From: Lama glama
Lineage: Eukaryota
Direction of reading: 5' to 3'
Assembly (NCBI GenBank): GCA_028534125.1
Contig: CM052817.1
Coordinates: 106,642,001-106,706,000 of the forward strand
DNA length: 64,000 nucleotides
Below the pieces are notes generated by a model. That model searched no databases. It saw nothing but the letters and a program-made list of their open reading frames with translations, and was not told the origin of the DNA. A program made the position numbers and the translations under genes. Of this stretch, positions 23,401-37,899 are shown piece after piece. Each line of letters starts with the position of its first letter. Position 1 is the first letter of the stretch.

Positions 23401-25559
23401 GTGCCTCCCGTTCCCCAGCTACATGCGAGTAGGCAGAGAGCGGAGAGCCAGCAGGCCGGATGACAATCTGAAAGGACGATTTAGAGTCAGGTCCCACTGC
23501 CAAGGGCTCCAGGGTCATTTGTAAGTGAACTTGCTACCAGGTAGCCATAATGGTTTTTCATTTTCTATCAGATATTTCCGGGCAGATTGCAAAAGAAGTA
23601 ATGGTCTTCAGGGGCGTATTTCTACTTGGCAGACAGAGTCTAACATCGATGTTGAGTATAGTAACTACTCAGCTGGTTTTTTAATCAAATCAGTACAGAT
23701 TTCTTCTACCCAACTTTCCAGCTTCAGTGAGTTTCTTACCCTGCTCTTAACTGACCTCAGTGTATAATTTCGGGACTATGGTTCACAGAATTGGGTGTCT
23801 TAAGAAAAGACCAATTCTGGTCCATGTCAAATTATTAGTTAATGTACTGATTGGAACGAAGTTATATCAAAAGTGATGAGCTCAAACTAGGAAACAGGTA
23901 TATGGTCAGTCACCTAGTTTTTTTACGTGTGTGTTCATATATGTGTATATGCATACACATACATACACATATTACATATAGTATGTATTTTCATGTTATA
24001 TATACATTGAACACATTTATATAAACTTCCCCAAGGCCATGTCCCTCTTTCCTCACAAGGAAAGCAAGCAACCCCAGCTGGAGTACTTCCCCCTTCTACA
24101 CAAACTGTTTCTTGCTTCAACTTTGCTTCTTCAATCTTTGTGTTGAGAGAGAGTTTCCATCTTACCTTCGTGGACCATGTTAATAACACATAACCGAAAG
24201 GCATATTTGATCTGTTTCATGCTCTCCTGTCCACTTTTGAAATGTCATTTTACTTCTGCCTTTTCTGTAAAAAGCAGTTGTTTTTCTCATCTATTTTTCT
24301 GCTCAAGAGAGGTTGCAGCTTTTTACAGAAGACCAAGGCCGACTGAATCATCAGCAAGGAACTGGGCAAGGGGCATATATGAGATTGCTGGAGTTTTTTT
24401 TAATACAAAGGAATTCTGAGTTTTGGGAAGTGCCCGGGCCCAGTACCACTTTCTAACTTTTTCAGAACTAAATGTATATGCTATTAACACTAATATTTCA
24501 ACCTTGATTACCAGTCATAAAAATGGCTTGCGTATGCAGAGGAAGAAAGACTTGGCTTTCGTAGAAGAGTAAGTCACCACATGTGGTTGATAATGGCTTC
24601 AAGTGGACCAAGCATATTATTTGTAGTATTTTCCACTAGCAAGAGGACAGACGTTCAAGGATACACGTGGTCCACATTCCACTCCAATCAGTATATGGTG
24701 GATACATCCTAAAAGCCCAGGATGGTATAGTGTTCTCCATCACTCATACCCAGAAAGTCACTGGGGTTGTGCCTTTTATTAGCAATGACTGGTTCAAGGT
24801 CAACTGCAGTTGTGAGAGCTCACACTGGATACATTATATTGAGTCACAGAGAAGCTGGTTTCCACAGGGAGCCCTCAAACCACTATTGCAGACCCATCAT
24901 AACTCACTGACAAGAGTTCAAGTAGTTTGATTTGATCTTGAAAATAAGAAGAACTTGGGAACACAAAGTGGTTGATGGTTCCGATGGAGTTTTTCCAGTT
25001 TTATCCACCAACTCAATACCAAACCTCACCTCAGATACCAGAGACATCTACCTTTCTGGCACTAGCTTTTTTTGATAAAGTTCTAAGTTGCAGATTTTCC
25101 TCTGGAGTTTATAGGAAAATCTGCAACTTAGAACTTTATCAAAATTGGTTAAGAGCATGAGTTTTGATGTGAATAAATACTACCTTTGTAGTTTCTAAAT
25201 GAGGTAACTTTAGTCATTTTTCAGCTTGCTTATAAAGCACGTACCAAAATATGGGCCATCATGTATACTCACTACATGGTAGCTCTTATAATACTGCTTG
25301 AATAGATTTGCTTTAAATACCCCTAGTCCAATAGCTGCAATACTAAGAAAATGCAAGTCAGGACAGTGAGATTTTGAATGTAGTTAAGGACTGTCTGTAG
25401 TTTTAGAAGGGAACACATCTTATCAGGACGTCTTCGATCTTCTTGTGAAAAGGAACTCTAAACTTACTCCAAAAGAAGTCTCCATTTTATTGATCTTTTC
25501 TTCTTCATCACTGCCCTCCACTGAACGCTCAGTAGGTGCTCATACACATTATCTTCTTT

Positions 25560-25720
25560 AATAAAGTGACAAAGTAATAAAGTGACCTCACAGTAAAGTG
25601 ATCAAGCAGGTAATTTTACTCATTTTACATATGAGAAAATTGACACTTAGAGAAGTTAGCTAACTTGTTTAGGAAAACACAGGTATTAAGAAAGAGGGTA
25701 AAGATTTAAAACCAAACATT
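25560..25720 (-). mobile_element. MIR SINE (degenerate)
   Basis: CATTTTACATATGAGAAAATTGACACTTAGAGAAGTTAGCTAACTTG is the MIR core on the reverse strand. Confidence 0.6.
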
Positions 25721-25758
25721 CCTCAACCAAAGACCAAACATTTTAACTATATAATATA

Positions 25759-26062
25759 CAACCATTTCATGGTATCCGTGAGGGATTGGTTTCTTACCAG
25801 CCCTCCCCAATATCAAAAGCCACAGACGCCCAAGTCTCTTATATGAGTGAAACGCTGCAGTGTTAGATTACCTGTAATACCTCATACAAACTGCACACAT
25901 CCTCCCATATATTTTAAATCACCTCTAGATTACCTATAATGCCTGACACAATGCAAATGCTATGTAAATAGTTGCTGCCACACAGTAAATTCAAGTTTCG
26001 TGTTTTGGAACTTCCTGTTTGGTTTTTTTTTTCCCCAAAAATGCGGATATAGGGGGCTGATG
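25759..26062 (+). mobile_element. MER2/MER2B non-autonomous DNA transposon (TcMar-Tigger)
   Basis: GGTATCCGTGAGGGATTGGTT..CACATCCTCCCATATATTTTAAATCACCTCTAGATTAC..AATGCTATGTAAATAGTTG matches recalled MER2. Degenerate TIR ATGCGGATATAGGGGGCTGATG; TA flanks. Confidence 0.8.
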
Positions 26063-28540
26063 GTACTTTAGCTTATGGTGTGTTGCATATCGTGAGAGAG
26101 CAGAAAGTAACTTACTGAAGACAACTTTAGATCTTTCTTGCTTAAAGGATGACTCTATCTTTTTTTTTTTCATTGTCAAGGATTTTACTATCAATCATCC
26201 GTGATTTCTTTTGTGTGGAACACGTGTGTCAAGAGGAAAAAAAAAAAAAAAAACATAAGGTCATTCCTTCTCCCAGCACCATTTTTTTTCTTTCAGGAAC
26301 TGGAACATGCTAACCAGCCATCTGTCAGAAATACCCATGTTCTGAAACGCTGCCATCTTGTGGTGGCATCACGCTATGGCAGCTCATAAAACAAGCATAA
26401 GTCTGAGATGTCACATGTTCATCAGTGTCTTCTCCGCATTTGGCTAAATCGCAGTCGGAGACGGAGGGCCTGTTCAGTTTCCTGATGTCACCGAAGGCAC
26501 TGAACTGCACGTGGCTTATTTGTGAGTTTTGGATTATGTTTAGTTGAGGAAAAGTAAGGAGGCAGGAGAAAACGCGCACTCCGCTTTTTGTCAACTTTCA
26601 CTGCAACAACAAACAGGAGGCAGACGATTCTGATGAGGCCCTTCGTCATTTGTAGACCCGTAATTCTTCTTTATAGGTAACAGAAATGCTGTGCTTTCAG
26701 AATCAGGCAGCTTTCCTTTCTGTCACAGACAAGCCTTCTCTACTACCTTATTGATTCGCCCAGCCAATTAATCCATTGATCTTTTCCACGTCTATAAAAA
26801 CAACAGCAACAAAAAAGCATGCATATCCAATAGAAAAATAGGGTAGAGATGACAAGTCAGCTACAAATAAGATAATTAACAAAAAATGATACCTACTGAT
26901 ATCTGCACTTTCTCAGTAGCTTCTTTTTTTTCATGTTTTTCCAACTGAATAGTCCGCAGTATGTTTCTGAAGCATAGCAAAATCCATGAAAATGATAAAA
27001 GAAGCTCCTTAGTAAGAGATGGAACTACGGAAGAAATAAGAGAGTTTTTATTTGTGTACATTTGGCTTCCAGTTCAAAGTTTATGGTTTCCTTCCCCCAT
27101 TCAGTTGACACATTGCTACAACCCAGGCTGAAAGATCTGATCTACCACCACGTGTGAATTGTGAAGACCAAGACATTTGAAACTTTTCCTGGATTTATGA
27201 CCTAGAAAAGCAAAAACAGAGCAGGACAAAGAAATAAATGGAACTATAAAGCAGATTTGAATCTATCTTGCAGGAAAAAAAGGGCATGAACTAAAACAGT
27301 TAGAAGATTCTAGAAGTTAAGAATTTATTCTGTGCAATGGCAACTGACCGAGTGGGTTAAGTGAATGAGGGTGTTGATTCATTTCTGACTAACTGGCTGC
27401 TAGGTCTATTCTGCAGCTTTGCTTAAGGAAGATAGTGGGGTGGGCCAAAGGTTTCAAAAAAGGCTTCATTTAAATTTCAGTCTGAGTCACACATGTAAAT
27501 TGCAAGGCAAAGATCACAGTGTAAGGGAAAAATTTGACTCTTATTCTCGGAAGCTGTACCGTCTTAATGATCCTTAATGGTTAAATATCACGCTAAGAGC
27601 TCTAACATTTTTAGGCTGAAACAACCCTGGAGGCATATATGTCAATTTTGTAGTAATTATTCGTCTTGTGGAGGAAACCCTGCATTATATGAAACATCAA
27701 AACCTAAATAGACTTTTAATTGTTCAGTCACAGAGATCTTCTACTGAGTTATCATCTCAAAATGATAGGCTATTAGCAAATAACTAGCTTTCCTAGCACA
27801 AAACACCCACCAGTTAGAAAGGCGAGTGGAGCCAAGAAACAAGTCATGCCTGACCTAAAGCAGCACCAAAGGAACTGACGGGGAAGTCCTGGAAGAGGAA
27901 TTCCATACAGGTAGCGTCTTGGAATATCGGTGATTAATTGGACCTGGGGGCAGGAATGTGGACTCGTAGAGGAGTGTAGGGTGACTCTCCCAACTCCAGC
28001 CTAGGCAATCAGGCTGGTGGTGATTGTATTTTCTGAATTAGGGCACACAAATTGAACGAGATTGGGAATTTAGGAACACGCTGTGTCTGAACCACCTGCG
28101 TGACAAATGGATGTGAAGGCGGGGAGTGGGGAGCTCTGTGTATCACTCAGGAGCTCAGAAGGAGAGTCAGAGCTTAAGACAAGGATTTGAAGTCATTAGC
28201 ACAGGAGCAATACCTACTCACCTTTATAAATGTGTCCTCTAATACTATTCCAGATATATACCAGGTGTTTATTAAATGTCAGACAACAAACAAATGAATC
28301 AATAAAAAGACTACGTCAATTAATGAACTGCCACACTTTCCATAATGAGTCCTCTCTCTAACATTAATGTTATTAAACAAAAAAATTCTCTTTCCAAATT
28401 TTCATGGACTATGAGGTTAGTGTTCAACTACTCGAGATAGTCACAGTTTATTCAATGCCCAGAATGCCGAGAAACAAAACAAAAATAAATAATTAAAGGG
28501 AAACACTGTGGTAGGGGCGGCAGAAAAATTCAGAGATTTT

Positions 28541-28574
28541 AAAACAAAACAAAACAAAACAAAACAAAACAAAA
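28541..28574. repeat. (AAAAC)n pentanucleotide repeat
   Basis: Directly visible. Confidence 0.95.
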
Positions 28575-29329
28575 TGTGAGCAGAACCGTAGCAGATTCAT
28601 ACATTAAAGGAGAGTAAGCCAGATTGCACCCTGGAAAGACCAAATTATATTCTTTTAGGACCTACTTGTTACACATTTAGTTTCTCCTGACAGTGAGCAT
28701 TGAATCTGATGAATTTTTGATACAGAAGATTTGCCTGGTGGGATGTAGGATGGGTGAATGATGGGTTATAGTTCTTCCAAGTGCTTCAGGGTTAGAGCCC
28801 AGTAACTGTCCATCATCACCCAGTTTTGCAGAAACCAACCTTTACCTCCCTACCTTAAAACAGTTATAAAGCTTCAAATATCTACATGGTGCTCTTTTAA
28901 TTAGCAGTGGGATTATTTCTCGTTCCAGGAATGGACAACATTAACGTTTCCATACTGCTGAGACAATAGCTCAAAGATTGACTGGTAGATGAGATATCCA
29001 AGATGCAGGTCCAGGAACTTGTCTCAGTCTCAAAACTGGGACTCAAGGTACTCCATTGTCTTAGTTCCCAAGTGGCCACCTGTTTGCAAATGTTCTTGGA
29101 GATACACTAACTCTCTCCAGACACAAGGGCACAACTGCTTTTCAGTATGAGCTGATTTTCAGTCCTGGCTATTCGTTCTTATATTATTACCTCAGAACCA
29201 CTCAGGTAAGACTGAAATCACTGGTCATTCTCTGCAATAATCTTGTCTGCCCCTTTGATGGTTCTAATGCCAGCACACTGAAGCTCAGCCCTCAGCGTTC
29301 ATTAAAAACACTGTATTAAAGAAAAGCAG

Positions 29330-29960
29330 GACTTCTCCACCGTTATTTTTAACGCCGTATCCATTCAAGTCATTCTGAACTCCAAGCAAAATGCCACATA
29401 TCAGTGTCTTGTTTATCCAGAGCCGAGCAAATTTGTCAATAGTGATTTTCGTCACAGCTGCCAGAGTAATCATTCACTCCCCTGATGGAAACACTCCCCA
29501 CCATGTTGCATCTAAACTCCACGTGGTCTCAAAGGCACTACATGCTCTGTCCCCTGCCTGCATTTCCGACCACCACTCCATCCCCATACTCTGCTCTGGA
29601 GTAGCCCCTCTGAGACGCCGTGTTTATTCTTACTTAGGTCTTTTGCATTTGCTATCCCCACTGTCTAGAACCCTTTATCCTTAGAGCTTTACGATGCTCA
29701 TTCCTTTAGTTCATCCAAGTCTCTGATTAAACATCACTTCCCCCAACTACCCTTTCTAGACATCCTGCCAAACACATACACTCACACACACACACAATCA
29801 CATCTAACCTAGTCATATAACCTGCTTTTATCTTCTTAGTGCCAATCACTAAACACAGTCATACTACATATTTATTTACTTGTTTTTTTCAATGTCTCTG
29901 GCTCTAAAAAGTAGGGTCAAGGAGGGCGTGGTCTAGAACAGTGCCTAATACAGGGTAAAC
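29330..29960 (+). mobile_element. L2 LINE 3' fragment (pyrimidine-rich strand on +; orientation convention uncertain)
   Basis: CACAGCTGCCAGAGTAATC, CTTTTGCATTTGCTATCCCCACTGTCTAGAAC, TCTAGAACAGTGCCTAATACA are typical L2 3' motifs. Confidence 0.55.
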
Positions 29961-31020
29961 AATATTTTTAAGTAAATAAAGTTATTTAATTTATTTTATT
30001 TATTAATAATTAATAAATAAACCATGAAATAAACCATGAAATAATCATTAAGTAAGTGATGAATAATAAATAAAATGATTTGTGCCTCAAGACAAAGAAA
30101 TCATAGACATTTGTCTAGAGGCATGCTCCTTCAAAGTAAACAGCAGAAATGTGTACACTCTTCTCAGAAAGTTGATGTTTTCCGAAGCAGAAGATGGACA
30201 TCACAGGGAACGCTGGCGTCCTCTGTTCAGCCGGAGCGAGGAGCCTGCATGGATAACATGTCGGCAACAAGCCCCGTAGGAGACATCAGAACTATTGTAT
30301 TAATCAGAGTCTTTAAACTTTATTCTGTTCGACACCCAGATAAATGTATGAAACTGCCACATGGTCCTGTAAATCAGCCTGCGTTAGCAAAATGATGGCA
30401 GCTGTGGACAACGGTGCTTCTGTTGGGTCTCTTTCTGCTCAGTTCAGATGGCTGGGAGTTGATGGCTCACTGAGGATTCTAACTCATTATCCTCTGGGTG
30501 GTCTGAAATCCTGAGTTCATTAGATAACTCTGATACCATCCCGGGGTTGTCATGTCAGCAGGAACGTGTGGAAATCATAAGAAGAACCCATATTCTCACA
30601 AAAGGGTAAGAAATTGAATTTTCCTTTATTTATTTTTTGCTTTGGGTGTTTTTTTTTTTTTTTGGCTTTGTTTATCACACGCTTTATTCATATGCACATG
30701 CTTTCTCCAGCGATTCAGTTTCTAACCTTTTATCATATAAGATAATTTGAAATGTACACAACAATGAAACTGTAAGAATGCCCACCAAGGTGTTATTTAT
30801 CATTGTAAAAAATTGCAAACAACATTATAATGAAATTTAGTAACATAACATGGTATAGATACATCAATGAAATATGATGCAACCAATAAATGAGGTTATA
30901 GAAAGACATATTATCACAAAAATATTTATAATTCCTAGTTTAGTGAAAATTAAAATATCTTTCTGAAAAAATAGCACATACACATATATATTTTTTATTT
31001 TGTGTATATGTGTGTGTGTT

Positions 31021-31560
31021 TTAATTGAAGTATAGTCAATTTACAATGTTGTGTTAATTTCTGGTGTACAGCAGCGTAATTCAGTTATATATATATATAT
31101 ATATATTCATTTTCATATTCTTTTTCATTATAAGCTACTGCAAGATATTAAACATAGTCCCCTGTGCTATACAGTAGGATGTTGTTGTTTATCTATTTTA
31201 TATATAGTAGTTAGTACATGCAAATCCCAAACTCCTAATGTATCCCTCCCTACCTTCTTTCCCCCTTGGTAACCATAAGGTTGCTCTCTGTGTCTGGGAA
31301 TCTGTTTCTGTTTTGTAAATAAATTAATTTGTGTCAGATTTTTTAGATTCCACATATAAGTGATATCATATAGTATTTTTTTCTCTTCCTGGCTTATTTC
31401 ACTTAGAATGACAATCCCCAGGTCCATCATATTAGTGTAAATGGCATTATTTTATTCTTTTTATTGGCTGAGTAGTATTCCATTGTGTATGTGTATGTGT
31501 GTGTGTGTATTCCATTGTGTATGTGTATGTGTGTGTATACCACATCTTCTTTATCCAGTC
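31021..31560 (-). mobile_element. L1 3' end (ORF2 C-terminus and 3' UTR), 5'-truncated
   Basis: ORF 31167-31430 (MDLGIVILSEISQEEK..ITYMWNLK) is L1 ORF2-end-like. Terminal TTAATTGAAGTATAGTC. Contains a (TA)n tract. Confidence 0.9.
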
Positions 31561-31829
31561 GTACATCCATACCTTTGAAAACATACTGACCTTATATCTG
31601 ACTATATAAATCTTTACTTTGTTCTTAGTCCTTTATTTTCTTCATCTACCTTCAATAACAATGTGATCAGTGTTGACCTATTACCCAAGGCTGAAATTTC
31701 AAAGGCAGCTGATGACTCCTATTCCTTCCAACCTTGCAAAAACAAGATCAAATTCCAGGTGTCTCTCAGAGCAATCTACCAAATATCTCATCATGAAACT
31801 TGATTTTGCATTAAGTACATTGGCCACAA

Positions 31830-33413
31830 CAGCCTAAGCACCCACTCTAGGAAACGAGAGAACAAAGAGCTAAAACACTCAGAAGGAAGGAAATCATGAA
31901 AAATTAGAATAGCAACAACAAAAATCAATGGAATTGAAAACAGCAGAACAACAGGAAAAAAAAAAATCCCAATTAATGACTCCAAAAGCTGGTTCTTTGA
32001 AAAGACCGAAAAAATTGTTACCTCTATGTGGGCTAAACAAAAACAAAAGACAGAGAGAGACAGAGAAAGAAACAAGACATGTATTACCAATATTGGCAAC
32101 TAAAGAAGGGAAGTTATCAATACTGACCCAGTGCACATTAAAAGGTTAATAAGGAAATCCTGTGAACAAGTCTATGCCCACAAGTTAGACAGCTCTGATA
32201 AAGTGAACCAAACATTCAAACTGCCAAAATACACTCAAGGAGAAATGAATAAATATCCCCACATCTAATAAAGAAATTGAATTAATATTTTATATTCTTA
32301 CAGAAAGAACTCACCAGGGCCAGATGGTGACTAACTCTACCAAATATTTTATGAAGAAATAATACCAATTTTCCACAATCTCTTCCAGGAAATAAAAGAA
32401 GAAATACTTCTCAACTCATTTTATGAGCCCCACATGACTCTAATATCAAAGCAAAGATATTACAAAGGACCAATATCCCCCATGAACAGAGACAAAAAGC
32501 TCTTAATAATATGTTAGCAAATCAAACCCAGCAAAGTTAAACAGGGTAATACATCATGACCAAGAATGCAAGGCTGACTTGGCATCCATAAATCAACTGA
32601 TGTGGCCTCACATTATACTCCGAATAAGAAGAAATATATGATCATACCAATAGTTGCAGAAAACCATTTGAAAAAAATTAATCACTTAAAAAAACTTTAA
32701 AAGAAAACTAGGAGCATAAAGGAATATCCTTTACTTAATAAAGAATATATATATAAAATTTGTAGATAACATATTTAGTGGGGAGAAACTAATGCTTTCC
32801 ACATAAGATCAGAAATAAGGCAAGGATATTCTCTTTCTTTGTTCCTATTCAACATTGTACCTGATGTCCTAGTTTATTCAATAAGGCAGGAAAGAGAAAA
32901 ATACAGGTATACAAAATTTAAAGGAAAGAATAAAAGTCTTTAATCACAGATGACATGACTGTCTGTGTAGATAGCCCTAAAAATAGCCAACAGAATAAGT
33001 AGCCAACAAAAAACTTCTGGAACAATTAGTGAATTTAGCATGGTAGCTGGATATAAGGTCAATATATTAAAAAGTCAGTTGCTTTCCTATATATCAGTAA
33101 AGAAAAATTAGAATATTAAATTTTAAAATATAATTTACAATTGCACAAAAGAGTAAAATGATAAAATGTTGATGAAAGACATCAAAGAAAAGCTAAGTAA
33201 ATGGAGAGATATTTTGTGTTTGTGGATTGGAAAAATCAACATAGTAAAGATGTCAACTTTTTCCAAATGGATATATAGATTTCATACAACCCCATCAAAG
33301 TACCAGCAAACATTTTTGGTGATAACAACAAACTGATTCCAACATTTATATGCTAGAAAAGCAAATGCAATACTGAAAAAGAAAAACAAAGTGGGAGGAC
33401 TCACACTACATTG
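31830..33413 (+). mobile_element. Old L1 ORF2 fragment (Z/RT region), runs into a gap
   Basis: AAAAGCTGGTTCTTTGAAAAGA, CAACTCATTTTATGAG, AAGATCAGAAATAAGGCAAGGAT, CACAGATGACATGACT (ADD-like) and AAAGTGGGAGGACTCACACT are L1 ORF2 landmarks. No long ORF. Confidence 0.9.
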
Positions 33414-33913
33414 NNNNNNNNNNNNNNNNNNNNNNNNNNNNNNNNNNNNNNNNNNNNNNNNNNNNNNNNNNNNNNNNNNNNNNNNNNNNNNNNNNNNNNN
33501 NNNNNNNNNNNNNNNNNNNNNNNNNNNNNNNNNNNNNNNNNNNNNNNNNNNNNNNNNNNNNNNNNNNNNNNNNNNNNNNNNNNNNNNNNNNNNNNNNNNN
33601 NNNNNNNNNNNNNNNNNNNNNNNNNNNNNNNNNNNNNNNNNNNNNNNNNNNNNNNNNNNNNNNNNNNNNNNNNNNNNNNNNNNNNNNNNNNNNNNNNNNN
33701 NNNNNNNNNNNNNNNNNNNNNNNNNNNNNNNNNNNNNNNNNNNNNNNNNNNNNNNNNNNNNNNNNNNNNNNNNNNNNNNNNNNNNNNNNNNNNNNNNNNN
33801 NNNNNNNNNNNNNNNNNNNNNNNNNNNNNNNNNNNNNNNNNNNNNNNNNNNNNNNNNNNNNNNNNNNNNNNNNNNNNNNNNNNNNNNNNNNNNNNNNNNN
33901 NNNNNNNNNNNNN
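33414..33913. other. Assembly gap (500 N)
   Basis: Run of N. Confidence 1.
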
Positions 33914-35721
33914 CTGTGTCATTATTTTTAGATTCCACATATAAACAACATCATATTTCTTTGTCCAACTTCACTTAAAAACTTCATAAGATTAATGCAC
34001 AGAATTACCTGCTGTGTTACTGCAAAACTAGATGTGGGGAGGGATCCCTCAGAAAAATGGACCCATGTGATTGATTTATCAAAAGATGAAGTGATACAAG
34101 ACATAAGCTTAGGAAATTTTTTGAGCCCCATAATTCTATAGTTTGATAATCAGCATCAGCATGGATGAACTATTGATCAGACAAAATATGAGTGGCTTCC
34201 TCCCCACCCAAGCCTCTTGACTGATCTTTCTAGGAGCCCAGTGTTCTTGGACCTTGGCCACACTCCCTCACTGCACAGAAACTTCAGTGGGGGGGGGGGT
34301 CCTCCTCTTACAGAGTCTCACCTTCTGCCCCCTCCACTCTTGCCTAGATAATTAAGAAGCAGAAAACATGGATCCAAATCCCAGATCTACCTTAATCAAT
34401 TGTATGATTTTAAAGTTGCTTAACATTCTAAAATCTCTTTTCTTGTTTAAAGTTAGAGATGACCTCTGTGTGGTTAATGGGCTTGTTATGAAGTTTAAAT
34501 AAATTTTCACATCTTCAATAACTTGTATAATGCCAGCCACCTAATAGCCTTTCAAAAAATAATATCTATGAGTATAATTATTACTGTCCTCATTTCATCA
34601 GGCTTCTGTCCTCTGGAAAATGAGAGGCTCTGTAATCTGAAAATTAATTCATCATGACATATTATTGAGTGTTAATACTGTAAACTCAATTAGTGTTAAG
34701 TGTTAACTACCAGGTGAATATTTGCAGCTAAAGCGTTCCCTTCTATGACAAAGCTTAACCTAGTGTTGCTTTTATTTGTGTCCTTGATTTTAATAGGCAT
34801 TATTACTCAGAAAAGTAAGTTTCCATCACCAGACGAATTTGGGAAATGCTGAGTTAAACAAAATTGAAAGGGATTCCTTCCTGTATTAATTCTCCTAATT
34901 CATTAATATGATCGCGTACATTGTACTTGAAAGAGAATCTTAAGAAATCAATCGGAACTTTTGAGCAATCTCCGGACCTTGCGTTCCATGATTCATACTA
35001 GAGAAACCCTGATACCCAGAGGGGCCTTAAATGCTAGAATGTGATGCAAACAACAGCAGAAGCTCGTCTTTCTGGTACATACTCTTCCACACTTATATGT
35101 CGCTCCTCAAATTACTTATTCCATTTGTAGCCTGCAACCAAAAATATCCACATCAAGATTTCCTAAGCAATCTAGTCAAATTCTTGGTCATAAAATTAAC
35201 ATTTCCCAAAAGGCACTGAACAATCCCAACTTTCTTTGTTTCTCACTAAAAATTACTTGAAATTGGGACTTGCTTAGAAAATATTTATACTGTTCCTACC
35301 CCTCTTCATTCACAAAACACTTTCCTCGGTGCCTGATCAAAGATGCCAATTCTCATATTATTTCCTCTGCAATACGCTTCTAATTATATCTAGAGAATCA
35401 AGACCAATGCCTGTGCACAATTTCTCCAAGAATTGCATATAAGAAATTCAAATAACTGAAGTGCTTATATGGGAATTTACATGTTTTTACCTATTAAGTA
35501 CTTTTCCAAAATAAAAGTGGTAGCCAGGAGCAACCTCAGTGCCAGTTATAACGTGCATGAGGCTCTCCAGCTGAGCACAAGAATGTGATTACTTACCATG
35601 AAAAAAATGGAAGAAGAGTGGGTGGGTTTACAATTACAGACAATCACCACTCTGCATTTGCTGCTTTGCAACTTGAGAGCTTTGTAGCCAAAGGTAAGCA
35701 TGTGAAAATGAAGAGCCACCC

Positions 35722-35965
35722 CAGTGGGGAGGGATAAATTGGGAGCTTGAGATGTACAGATACTAACTAGTATATATATAAAGTAGATAAATAAGTTTAT
35801 ACTGGTATAGAACAGGGAACTATAGTCAATATCTTATAGCAATTTATGGTGAAAAAGAATATGAAAACAAATATATGTATGTTCATGTATGACTGAAGCA
35901 CTGTGCTGTACACCAGAAATTGACACAACATTGTAAACTATCTTTCAATAAAATTATATACACAC
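35722..35965 (+). mobile_element. L1 3' UTR fragment
   Basis: GGGATAAATTGGGAG..ACAGGGAACTATAGTCAATATC..GTACACCAGAAATTGACACAACATTGTAAAC is homologous to 54200-54437. Confidence 0.85.
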
Positions 35966-37899
35966 AAAAAGCCTTTTTCAAAAAAAGGTCACCTAGGAAA
36001 AAAAAAGAGCAACCCCAGAAAGCTTGGGCTGAGGTGGGAAAAAAACTCCATATAAATGCTCAGAACTTGGGACTGAAGTAAACAAAATAGAAAAGAAAAA
36101 AAAAGGAACGGGGGACTATTATATAATTAAAGCAGTTCTTTATTATCTCAAATGATGCATTATCATCATTAGTCGGATCAATTAAAAATAATCAGAGCTT
36201 AAAGTAAACATTTCTTGATAACTGTTTTAATAATGAATTTCTTTTTTGTCCTCTCTCTCTCTTCATTTTAGCTATGTCCTGGGAGTGCGGATAATTTGCA
36301 TTGAGATAGAAATAATTTTCCCAAATAAGAAACAACCTATGTGACAAAAGGTATCATTTCAGGATGTAAGTAATTACGTGCATTGTCTCATTTGTAGAAA
36401 GAGCAATTCCTAGAATTTTTATAGACTAAGACATAAACAAAATAGTATTTTTCCAAGACCACAAAGAAAAGTAGACTCCAGAGCCAGAATTCAAAACCAG
36501 ATCTCTGTGATTTCAGGTCCCAGCTGGTTAAACCATTATACCTTCATCCCTTCCTGAATCAGGAGCAAATAAATGTCAACATGCACCATATCCCCACAGC
36601 CATTCTCCCATCAGACTTCTCTTCCCTCGGGACAGTTTGTGAACACATTCCTGGAAAACTAATTTCTACATTCCCTGAAGAGGAGAGCATACATTTGGAA
36701 GTACACTGTAATTAAGTCTGTTCTTGGCAACAGCTTCTTCACCTTTGACCCTCACTGTGCCTCTTAATCTCAGCACATTTCTGGGACTTCGTGGATTTGA
36801 ACTGAAACTTGGAGAGATGCTGTTTGGTGATCTAGCCATCTCGTCCGAAGGCAGCCTGACCTGGAATTGTCGAAATCTACAACAGAACTTTGCCTTCACG
36901 TGACACACCTGTTGGAGAACATTTTAAAACCAGAATGGTATTAGGTTGAGGAATAGGGCGGTCCACTTTGCCTGTTTCATATTGAAGACTTCACAGTTAG
37001 GGCATCTCCCTCCCAATTCTTAGATCCAAGAACATGAGGAACTGAAATTACTTTATGAAACATCTACTCAAGGCTTTCACTTTCTAGGTAAGAAACATGA
37101 ATTCAAGAAGAGGTTGGTCTCCTGGGATAACCTTCTGCCACTGAAATGCAACTTCGTTTGTCTATGCCCTCATTCAGAATTATTTTGGAGCAATTGTGTA
37201 TTCTTCATTTGTGTCTACAAGGTTTTAGCATGCATGAGACCTCGAGGACACTCCCTAGTCAACAAAGAAGGCGTCAGTAAGATCTCTCATGCAAATAATA
37301 TGAAAATGCTTTTATTCCTCACTTCAGTATCAGATACTCCTCACTTATAATAGGCAGATTTTCATTCCTTTTACTTGATTTTCAATCCTTCAGCACATAC
37401 TTGTATAAAAGGTTAAGTATATCTTAGGTACTCTTTTATCATATTATAAGTGTGTTTCTGAGTCTCCAAGTCAGTTGCCTTTGTGTTATCTCCTTCCCCG
37501 GAAACTTTGCAGAGCCCCAGTTGGTAAAAGAAACGATTAGGAGCAAGATTCATTCCGGGAATGTAACATAGTCATCTACAACTCTGTTGTACAAAGTTTT
37601 CCTATTGAAACCTGTAAGCATCATTTGAAAATCCACTTTCATTTTCAAAGACTAAGTGAGAAATAGGATAGAGTGGGTTGGATGAAAAGAATAAAAAGAA
37701 CGGGCAAAGGATTGCAAAATCTAAGACGTTATTCTCAGCTTTATGCAACTCGGATCAAATCACAGAATCCTTTAAAGTTTGGCCTGTTTATCTGTAACCT
37801 AGAGCTAATACCCGTCCTGCTGACCTCATGGTTGATTCGAGGTTAAATGTGATACTGAGTGTGAGACTGCTGGTGAGCCGTTAGTCACTACCAGTTAAG

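Noticed and set aside
31473..31540. Short tandem duplication of TATTCCATTGTGTATGTGTATGTGTGTG (similar short duplications near 13360, 30017 and 43421)
   Set aside because: Ordinary replication slippage with two copies only and no spacer structure; not CRISPR-like.
33282..33978. Long ORFs (177-218 aa) spanning the first N run
   Set aside because: Artefacts of translating the 500-N gap.
36666..36908. 80-aa minus-strand ORF preceded by a CAG
   Set aside because: Weak polypyrimidine tract, no clear donor and no recognisable protein similarity.
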